A stretch of 64,000 bases of DNA, from positions 19,040-83,039 of IMG/VR virus record IMGVR_UViG_3300032397_000008; one strand, written 5' to 3'. A program made the translations under genes and the position numbers. Positions 56,505-64,000 of the stretch are shown here, in pieces (positions within the stretch are counted from its first letter, which is position 1; each line of letters starts with the position of its first letter). A model generated the notes under the pieces. That model searched no databases. It worked only from the letters and a program-made list of their open reading frames with translations, and was not told where the DNA came from. This DNA comes from a virus.

Positions 56505-57635
56505 ATGCCACCGCAGCCCCAACCCCAGCGCGAGAGTTCTAAACGAACTAGTGGTCGTTTGACGGCGTTGCAGTCTACATACGTATTAGACACGCATGAC
56601 TTGCCTACTTGGCAGGGGCAGGCACTCTTTTTTCCTGCTATGCCGGATGTCATAGAATTGGCTCGCAAGACGGATTATGCAGTGGTGAATGCTCGCTATG
56701 CGCCGGATGGCATACACATCTATAAGAGCACTTTTCCCTTGGAAATTCCTATCACGTTTAAGTTAGCATCCAATGACATCGACTTTTGTCCCAAGGGCGT
56801 CTATTCTCTGCTTCAAATGGCAGCACTCTTACATGCCTTGGTGCTACCTTTGGGAACGCAAGATAAGAAAGTTACTGCGACCCAAATGGCATCTACCGTT
56901 GGAGAGCCCGCTCCGGCCATTGCTGGTCAGCCGAGCACTTCAAGCGCAAGTAATGCACAAGACCCGAACGTAAGCACTTCTTGCGAGCAAGATGATGCGC
57001 TTCGACCTCCGGTAACTTGTGCGCTAGAATTGATGTGGACCGAGGCAGAGGGTCCCGGTATCGTGTGCATCGGGTATGTCAAGGATGTGTCCGCGAAATT
57101 TTCAGGTCCATGGCTGAGGGGACCTCGTCAGTCTTTCAACCTTCCATCGTTTTGCGATTTTTCGTTTACGTTTGTTCATGCTCCTGGGTATGGTAATGAT
57201 TATACCAAAACGGGGCAGGGATTAGGTCAGCAGGTGCACGCTTACGCTCAGTACGTGGAGAAGCACTTCTATAGCACGTTTGGTCTGTCTAACAATGGGG
57301 CGGCCGGGTCAAAATACAGGGGACTTAGAGACGGACCGCCAAAAGGCACAAAGCCACCGAACGTGCCGCCCGTGACGGCTGCTCAGGAAGCAACCTTACC
57401 TTCAACTCTTGAAGCTAGAGTTAAGGCTGAAACAAATAAGAATGAGAATCTGATCACGCAGCGCGATCGGCAAGAAAATTGGGCAATATATTTAGGCGAA
57501 AGTGGCAATCCTATGAGTCAGGAGGCATACAGGCAGCTCGCTGAGCAGACTCGACAAATCAATACTCAAAATTATGTGCCTGTGACCACATCCCGTTGGA
57601 GCATGATAGGCGTGGTAGGTCGTGGACATTATTAA
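56505..57635 (+). CDS. Putative baseplate / tail-tube initiator protein
   Basis: FPAMPD.I...PP..C.L...CIGYVKDVS..F.GPW; follows the tape-measure-like gene. Confidence 0.45.
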   Translation: MPPQPQPQRESSKRTSGRLTALQSTYVLDTHDLPTWQGQALFFPAMPDVIELARKTDYAVVNARYAPDGIHIYKSTFPLEIPITFKLASNDIDFCPKGVYSLLQMAALLHALVLPLGTQDKKVTATQMASTVGEPAPAIAGQPSTSSASNAQDPNVSTSCEQDDALRPPVTCALELMWTEAEGPGIVCIGYVKDVSAKFSGPWLRGPRQSFNLPSFCDFSFTFVHAPGYGNDYTKTGQGLGQQVHAYAQYVEKHFYSTFGLSNNGAAGSKYRGLRDGPPKGTKPPNVPPVTAAQEATLPSTLEARVKAETNKNENLITQRDRQENWAIYLGESGNPMSQEAYRQLAEQTRQINTQNYVPVTTSRWSMIGVVGRGHY

Positions 57636-60600
57636 GCCCACTTGAACGTGGTGCCATCGTCTTCAGTCTTTTCAGCGATCAGGATGTAATCTGCAAAATT
57701 TGCTGTTTCCTGATGATGATCTACCACGAAGATTAAAATTCCTAGAGTGTGAGCAACCTGTTTCATGTAGGATAGGATGCTCTTGCGCACAGCGGGGTCT
57801 TGAGAGTTCAGTACTTCATCATACCATCGGTAACCGATTCGATTGGACACCTGACCGACCTCGGACAACGTCTCAGCGATGATCAGATTAGTGAGACCGC
57901 TCTCTCCCTTGGAATTACCGGCAATCTTCTTTGATCCTATCCGGTTGTTTACGTTGACCGTCAGTTCGGCTTTCGAATCCCCGCTGGCAAGCGCACGGGA
58001 CGTGGCGTAGGTGACTTCAATAGTGCCACCGGTCATAAGCAGGCTGATACGCCGGGCAATCTCATTCAGGGGATTTATCACTTCTCCTAGCACCATGTTG
58101 GGTATGCCAAACGGACCGAATCCACGATTCCAATAATCTACAATCTTCAGAACTTCCTGTGACTGAAATAGTTTCGTGGATGTTTCTTCTACACTGCCAG
58201 ATGCCTTTTTGTGTTCCTCCTGGCGTTCTTCGAACACTGTCTTGGCTCGCAATAAAGTAGAGTTGTCAGGACCTCGTTCTAATGCCGCCAGGGTTACCTG
58301 GAGGCTTCTGATGTTGTCTTTAATGCGGTTTAACTCTCGATCCGACTCCTCATATTGATTACTCAGCGTTGTGGTTTCCCGGGCACCTCCTAGGTTGCGG
58401 ATATCGGCGTCAATCTCTCGGACCGTGGTTTCATACTGTTGCACGGTGGTGCTCGCTACACGCAAATTTGCGGCGAAGGTGTCAAGCGCTTTCTGAGCTT
58501 CCACAATCGAAGTCTGTTGCCGTTCCAGTTCTTCCTGACCGTATGCCTTGTCCCACGCCTTGCCGCACGTTGGGCAATTCTTTGGGACTGACTTCATCTT
58601 GGCTAGAGCCTGTTCTTCCTGGCGAATTTTAGCTTGTGCCTCCGCCCGAGGAGCATGAAGTGTGTCACGCTTGGCACGGTGCTCCGTCAGCTCGCGCTCA
58701 ATTTTGTTGCGTTGCTTTTCCAGCTCATGGTGCTGGCGTGCCTTTTCATCTTCGATCTCTTTGAGTCGCTTACGAATATCAGCTAACGTTTTTACCAGCT
58801 CCTGCGCTCGTATGTCCAGACGGGACTGACTCGCCTTCGATTCTACAAGTTTGGTGTGGTTCCTGGCTACTTCTTCATCGAACGCACGTTGCGCTGTTTT
58901 CAGGGCATCTTGAGCTTGATTCTTGGCAACGATAACTGACTGTAAGCGGCGGCGGGCTTCTTCGATCATCGCTTGATCGGTTGCGAGGTCTCGCTTGGCA
59001 TTTTGTAGTGCTTTGGAAGACTTTTCGGCATAGAAAGTCCAAGGAGGCTGCTGGAGCGACCACATAAGAACGTCTACAGCGTCTTTTTCAGATAGTTTAC
59101 TGAACTTGAGGTTGTCACCGTCAATGAACACTGTCCACTGGGCCAATTCGGGTGTGACGTTGACTACCCTTGTTAGTTCCTCTCGTGTTTCGGTGAGATG
59201 TCCTCGCTCGATGGGTGTCTCTTGGCCGATGGTGTAGCGCAGTCCTTCACCAGTGCGGCTGAGTTCTTTGCACTTGAATCCCATTTCAACTCTTAGGGGT
59301 TGATCGTTGAGAGTCGTGCGTAAGTCAATGTAAGTGTTACCTTTGTCGTTGTGACTGTAATCGCCTAGCTTGCTAAATTTGCCTGTTACGCCAACCAAAG
59401 ACCGGCTAATTGCTTCTCCGAGGGACGTCTTGCCTGAGTTATGCGTTACCGTGAAATCATCCAGAAGGTACAAACCATCCCTGTCTAAAGTGAATCCGTA
59501 GAAGTCATTTTCGTCCAAGTGTTTAATCGAAAATCCAGTAACGTTGTGTTGTCTGTTACTGTTCGATTTATCCGCTTTTTTGCGTAGTAGGTGAGTTGGT
59601 ATGTCTTCTATACGTCCGAAAATAGACACGGTATAGCACCACGCACCATTACCTGTCTGGCATTTTTTGAATCTAGGTGCTGGTAGCCGAGCAGTGAACC
59701 CTAAACTACGAGCTAGAAAAGCAGTATCTGTAGCAATCGTTTTGCTGGTACTGTAGAAGTAAAAGCACTTATTAGCGTAATATCCATCAGAATCCAACAA
59801 TCCTGATAGTAAGTTCAAGCGGTCATTTCTTGACGCTGTTTTGTATTGAAACGGTATGTGTTTGTTGTTTATTAAGTTGTACTCTTTAAGAAGTCTCAAA
59901 ACTGTATTTTTCCCGGAATTTTCGAACCGGCCAGATCGCTTGTTTCTATTACGCCCAGCAGAACCTGCCGAAATGAAGATACTTTTGCAACGGGCTTGGT
60001 GCTTTTTTTGGCATCTGACAGATAGACCAAGTCGAGTGGCGTAGGATATCCATTCGTTTTCGACCTCTGCGTCAGCGGTTGTTATAGCTGAAGTTCTGCT
60101 ATGGCCGTCTCCCAGCCATAGTCCTAGTATCCTTGGTGGTATTTTTAGGTTGCCCAGATTGCTGAAGTCTACGGCGTCGCTGGTGTACAGTTTGCAACTA
60201 TCGCGCTTATGCCTACTCATGTTCAGAAAATCTTTAACCGAGACAGTGAAGTATCCTTTGGCGCATGGTTCGGTAGGCGCGTAGTTGCAGTGTTTTCTGC
60301 ATCTTACAGAATTTTTGTCTACAATGTACTGTCCTGGAGTAAGGTAAAGTGCCAAAATATGATCTTCGTTGATGATAAATTCATGGCCGTGTAATGGCAC
60401 TATTTTGAACATTTTGCCTCTCCCACGGCACAGCTTCATCACTTCTCTCGGAGCTGAATCTGGACCCATTAACTTGTCTCCAACCGTGATACTTTCTACG
60501 GGTGCAAGCCTACCATCGTGTAACAGAACCAGTTGTCCTTTGGCGTGGCACCCCACGGAGTCCATCTTGCCATTTGAGGCACGGTTTGATCCTGTAACCA

Positions 60601-60691
60601 AGACGAGACCCTTGTCAGGAAACTCTATTTCTGCATCGTGGACCTGCTGCCAGTTGCGAATGTGGATTGATTTAAGCGTCAGTTGAGCCAT
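57632..60691 (-). CDS. SbcC/Rad50/gp46-like ATPase containing an intein
   Basis: Walker A completed on splicing (G|SGKTS); CPTCG zinc hook; SKGE signature; WYDE. Confidence 0.88.
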   Translation of the reverse strand: MAQLTLKSIHIRNWQQVHDAEIEFPDKGLVLVTGSNRASNGKMDSVGCHAKGQLVLLHDGRLAPVESITVGDKLMGPDSAPREVMKLCRGRGKMFKIVPLHGHEFIINEDHILALYLTPGQYIVDKNSVRCRKHCNYAPTEPCAKGYFTVSVKDFLNMSRHKRDSCKLYTSDAVDFSNLGNLKIPPRILGLWLGDGHSRTSAITTADAEVENEWISYATRLGLSVRCQKKHQARCKSIFISAGSAGRNRNKRSGRFENSGKNTVLRLLKEYNLINNKHIPFQYKTASRNDRLNLLSGLLDSDGYYANKCFYFYSTSKTIATDTAFLARSLGFTARLPAPRFKKCQTGNGAWCYTVSIFGRIEDIPTHLLRKKADKSNSNRQHNVTGFSIKHLDENDFYGFTLDRDGLYLLDDFTVTHNSGKTSLGEAISRSLVGVTGKFSKLGDYSHNDKGNTYIDLRTTLNDQPLRVEMGFKCKELSRTGEGLRYTIGQETPIERGHLTETREELTRVVNVTPELAQWTVFIDGDNLKFSKLSEKDAVDVLMWSLQQPPWTFYAEKSSKALQNAKRDLATDQAMIEEARRRLQSVIVAKNQAQDALKTAQRAFDEEVARNHTKLVESKASQSRLDIRAQELVKTLADIRKRLKEIEDEKARQHHELEKQRNKIERELTEHRAKRDTLHAPRAEAQAKIRQEEQALAKMKSVPKNCPTCGKAWDKAYGQEELERQQTSIVEAQKALDTFAANLRVASTTVQQYETTVREIDADIRNLGGARETTTLSNQYEESDRELNRIKDNIRSLQVTLAALERGPDNSTLLRAKTVFEERQEEHKKASGSVEETSTKLFQSQEVLKIVDYWNRGFGPFGIPNMVLGEVINPLNEIARRISLLMTGGTIEVTYATSRALASGDSKAELTVNVNNRIGSKKIAGNSKGESGLTNLIIAETLSEVGQVSNRIGYRWYDEVLNSQDPAVRKSILSYMKQVAHTLGILIFVVDHHQETANFADYILIAEKTEDDGTTFKWA
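59438..60550 (-). mobile_element. Intein with LAGLIDADG endonuclease (371 aa)
   Basis: Starts CHAKGQLVLLHDG; LGLWLGDG and LSGLLDSDG; ends FTVTHN|S. Confidence 0.92.
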
Positions 60692-60723
60692 TCTCCTGCA
60701 TAGAACGGATTTGTAGTTAAAGC

Positions 60724-61407
60724 ATGAAAGTTGAAGATCTAGTATCAGTAATTCTGGAAGATGAAGGCGATAGTTTACCCGGGGCTCTGTTCTATTTTGA
60801 TGGAATGGCCACAAAAGGATATTACGTATCCCCTCCTGAAAAAGGGGACATTCTTGCTAAAATTGTAGACATCATTGCCAAACTGCGCCCTGCCCTTTTT
60901 GCTAGTAACAGGGAGCTTCCGGATGCTGATCGGGTAATCGAGGCCATGATGAACCAGTATAATTTGATCGTAGCACTGAACTTCGAAAATGAAATAGCAA
61001 TCTATTCCAAGAACTCCAATTTTAATTTGCCGGAAGAGTTCAATGATAAACTGAAGTACTATTTCGGTGCGACTCCGGAAACTGAAGCTGTGTGGTTTAC
61101 AACACTGGCCAGCGAGACACCGATTGTAGCGAAGCTTTTCAAGTCGGATCAGCGTAAGAAAGACTCACGCGCTCCCTCAACGACTCCCAACGAGGATGAA
61201 CCAGAAGTTCCGATCGCTTCTTTACTGGGTGTTGCCAAGCCAGCTGACCTGGCGACTGCGCCTTGGAGCCTCAGTGATTTAAAAAAGGTAGGTGCTAGAG
61301 GTAAGGCCAAACCCCTTAGCTATCACGATCGAGCTGATTTTAGGGGTCATTTTTGGGGACCGGACCGAGAACCGATGACGGGTGACTTGGATCAGTTAGG
61401 ATATTGA
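60724..61407 (+). CDS. Hypothetical protein
   Basis: After GTAGTTA motif; N-terminal LVSVILE. Confidence 0.6.
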   Translation: MKVEDLVSVILEDEGDSLPGALFYFDGMATKGYYVSPPEKGDILAKIVDIIAKLRPALFASNRELPDADRVIEAMMNQYNLIVALNFENEIAIYSKNSNFNLPEEFNDKLKYYFGATPETEAVWFTTLASETPIVAKLFKSDQRKKDSRAPSTTPNEDEPEVPIASLLGVAKPADLATAPWSLSDLKKVGARGKAKPLSYHDRADFRGHFWGPDREPMTGDLDQLGY

Positions 61408-62300
61408 TGCGCTGTACTCACGACCCAGAGCATACGTCGTTTGACGAATTGTTTGCTAATTATTCGAATGACTTGCTACAGGCGGTGCAGACTGCTATCG
61501 AGGAACGGCTGACCTATGATCAACTGTTCAACGTGTCGGAGCCCAAGCGGGTCCTGCGCTCATTTACGGTTAAAGGACCGCCGCTTACCGTAGATGCTTA
61601 TCAAGACGCCGTCTACTACATCTTCCGTTTCAAAGCGAGTCCGTCTACAGAACTCAGGCGACACGTTGGGTACGTCAAGTTCCACAAGCCCAAGAGAGGT
61701 AATCGACAAAAACCTCTACAAGATATCGAGGTCACGGTCGATTGTGATTGTAAGGACTTTCGCTACCGGTGGGCGTGGGCGAACAAGCAACGTGGATCAA
61801 GCCGGGTAGGTCCAAGCAGTTTGAACAAAGCGATCAATCGTGCTCCACGTATCACTAACCCAGGCAGCCGGCCAGGTCTTTGTAAACATTTGTTAGCAAC
61901 GCGGCACTACATCTACGGCTTGCTATCAAACTTTCCTGCTGATAAGAGTCTGGATAAGGCAGATAAGCTGGATAAGCTGACAAAGTATGCTACTCGCCGA
62001 TACATCAACTATGCCGCAGACTACGAGAAGGCTAAGGCGTTGGACCGAAAGTGGAAAGACTGGAGAATAAGGCGGCAAATGCAGGGTATGCAGCCTGCTG
62101 GTGGCTTGCCTCCACCGGCCGAACCGGAGCCTCAACCACAGATACCGAATGTTCAGCAACGAGAAATGCCTGTTCCTTTGCCACCGGAGGAAGGAATTCC
62201 AAACCCTCCGCAGCGATTGCCTCCGAATCCAGCCGGACGGCAGAGGCGGGTGCCAGAACCGCCACCTCCGGAAGAAGGTCCAGAAAATGAGATAGTGTGA
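61404..62300 (+). CDS. SWIM-type Zn-finger protein
   Basis: VDCDCKDFRY...GLCKHL. Confidence 0.65.
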   Translation: MMRCTHDPEHTSFDELFANYSNDLLQAVQTAIEERLTYDQLFNVSEPKRVLRSFTVKGPPLTVDAYQDAVYYIFRFKASPSTELRRHVGYVKFHKPKRGNRQKPLQDIEVTVDCDCKDFRYRWAWANKQRGSSRVGPSSLNKAINRAPRITNPGSRPGLCKHLLATRHYIYGLLSNFPADKSLDKADKLDKLTKYATRRYINYAADYEKAKALDRKWKDWRIRRQMQGMQPAGGLPPPAEPEPQPQIPNVQQREMPVPLPPEEGIPNPPQRLPPNPAGRQRRVPEPPPPEEGPENEIV

Positions 62301-62338
62301 GAACGATGCGTAGTTAGAGCAGACGGAAAATCAATCTT

Positions 62339-62731
62339 ATGAAAGACGCAAAACTGATCGAAGCCCAAAAGATCGTCCAAGAAGTGGCGGACGAAATGGC
62401 GAAACTGGATGCTTCGGGTGCGCTTGATACGCCCGGTGTGGAGCCCTTTCCCGACGAAGCGGGTGACACCACTGATCTCGGGGGTCCGGAAGACCTCGCG
62501 GCCGGTCCGGAAGCTCCCGAAGACGAAGCGCTGAACCTCTTGCGAGACATTGCAGGCGGTATCGGACGTCTCGCCAACGAACTTGCTCCTATCGAACCAG
62601 AGGAAGACGAAAACGAGGGAACAGACGAGAAAAAGGAGCCCGGTGAGGAGAATCCATCGCTTCCAGAACCTACCAGCGACGAAATCGAACCGGCTAGCGG
62701 TGAGACCATGCCGGTTCCTTCCGGTGCGTAA
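62339..62731 (+). CDS. Acidic hypothetical protein
   Basis: Glu/Pro-rich ORF. Confidence 0.6.
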   Translation: MKDAKLIEAQKIVQEVADEMAKLDASGALDTPGVEPFPDEAGDTTDLGGPEDLAAGPEAPEDEALNLLRDIAGGIGRLANELAPIEPEEDENEGTDEKKEPGEENPSLPEPTSDEIEPASGETMPVPSGA

Positions 62732-62743
62732 TAGGCTGACCAT

Positions 62744-63211
62744 ATGAGCTACCCAGGTGAATACGTCCAGGTGTATCCTAGAGTGCAGGATGTCCGTACG
62801 GCGGTAATCAGCGGGTACGTTGCTTGCCGTCTTCGCATTGAGGACCCGGTGTTTACGTCCGGCCGGACTACTTACCCAGCCGTCGTCACTCTGTCAAATC
62901 TCAGCACGACCAACACATTAGGCGTTGCGTTCAAAGAAACCAACGATCGTTCCGTCAGCGGAGTGCGTTATCTAGTAGCTGGCGATTATGCGGCGTCTTT
63001 GGTTCCTGCTGGTTTCAAAGAAGTGAAAATCACACCACGGCTCCCATTCCTAGAAGTGTGGGGCACGGATGGTCCAGCTGATATGCGTATGCACATCGCT
63101 TCCAAGACCCGTTGGGAAATTCTTGCGTTTGACAAGGATGCGGATAGCGCCTTCGTTTATCCGCCAATGTGGAACGTAAAACCGTCTCCGACTGCTGTGT
63201 CTTCTCCGTAA
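62744..63211 (+). CDS. Hypothetical, possibly structural, protein
   Basis: Beta-strand-like composition; hairpin follows at ~63236-63270. Confidence 0.55.
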   Translation: MSYPGEYVQVYPRVQDVRTAVISGYVACRLRIEDPVFTSGRTTYPAVVTLSNLSTTNTLGVAFKETNDRSVSGVRYLVAGDYAASLVPAGFKEVKITPRLPFLEVWGTDGPADMRMHIASKTRWEILAFDKDADSAFVYPPMWNVKPSPTAVSSP

Positions 63212-63269
63212 CCGGGTTGAATGTCGTGAAACGTCAAACGACCGCTGGGCAACCGGCGGTCGTTGTGTT

Positions 63270-64000
63270 TTATCCCTTGTTGGGATCGCGAGCGGTGGAG
63301 ACCATACCCTCGATGCTGATTCCTGGGCTTCCGTGCACAGCGTTTGAGGCTTCGATAGATTGGGTATTCAGCTCTATGCCCGGCGCAGTGCGGGGAGGTT
63401 CAATTACGTTCTCCATCCCATAGTATTTGGATTTAATCGTACTTCCCAGACAGGTATTCATCTCTCCTCGTTGTAGCGTCATACGTGAGGCGAGGCTGCC
63501 TTTCAGGTACGCTACGACGATGTTTTTTACATAGTAGTACCCCGACCAATCAGAGGTTCTTTTCTGTTCCGGACTGATATCCAGGAACAGCATGTCTCCG
63601 TGCCGTGCTTGAATGCTGTTGGGGAGCGTTACTTCTACTTCGTATGTGTTCATACGCGCATCTTCGTAGGAGTTGTCCGCCAAGGCTTGAATCTCCGCTT
63701 CCGGGTTCAGTGTTGTGTGATACGGAAAATTGATCTCAGCTCCTGGAAACCGTTCAATGTCAGGTATTGTATTTCCTAGTTTCAGTGTCCTGTTTCGGTC
63801 GGTTTTAATTTCTTTGAACTGACCCGTAGACGGCGAGTACGACACGAAACGGACGCCGGCAACGCCCTTATCTGGCATCATTTGACCTTGATCCCGTTTC
63901 AGAAGGTCTTTTCCTGTGCTTGAAAAGTAACGTAGAAGTTTTAAGTCAGTGTGATAGTCTGGTGAGTGATAATGCACAGTACCATCCTTGACGAAGAATT
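63270..64000 (-). CDS. Baseplate-hub-like protein, 5' end outside the window
   Basis: RHGD...DWSGYYYVKNI...MTLQR C-terminal pattern. Confidence 0.45.
   Translation of the reverse strand, partial: FFVKDGTVHYHSPDYHTDLKLLRYFSSTGKDLLKRDQGQMMPDKGVAGVRFVSYSPSTGQFKEIKTDRNRTLKLGNTIPDIERFPGAEINFPYHTTLNPEAEIQALADNSYEDARMNTYEVEVTLPNSIQARHGDMLFLDISPEQKRTSDWSGYYYVKNIVVAYLKGSLASRMTLQRGEMNTCLGSTIKSKYYGMENVIEPPRTAPGIELNTQSIEASNAVHGSPGISIEGMVSTARDPNKG

Noticed and set aside
1-64000. Stop-codon reassignment
   Set aside because: Conserved genes are full length in the standard code and end in TAA, TAG and TGA; no suppressor tRNA was found.

Overview
This window is a fragment of a large T4-like (jumbo) phage genome in the standard genetic code. 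Positions ~4.0-21.7 kb form a plus-strand translation-support locus: 42 tRNA genes I could fold by eye (all 20 amino acids), a tmRNA, a compact RNase P RNA and several unexplained structured RNAs. These are interleaved with HNH nucleases, methyltransferases, Dam, a radical SAM enzyme and a RelE-like toxin. Downstream lie a sugar-modification cluster (gmd, fcl, glycosyltransferases), replication/recombination genes (gp32-like SSB, RecA/UvsX, NrdJ, intein-bearing SbcC/gp46), two sigma-like genes (one with an intein) and virion genes (neck, prohead protease, major capsid, tape-measure-like, baseplate-like). LigA lies upstream of the array. Best candidates for undescribed biology: (1) a ribosome-coupled attenuator (4071-4255) whose 43-codon leader samples 19 amino acids and 34 codons and appears to gate the tRNA array; (2) a stand-alone RNA (4493-4760) mimicking the 23S rRNA L11-binding H43/H44 domain; (3) two promoter-like motifs that split genes into late- and middle-type classes; (4) a shared IVxxLLE-type tag on putative capsid-packaged cargo, including the RelE-like toxin. 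All calls come from manual reading; no database searches were run.
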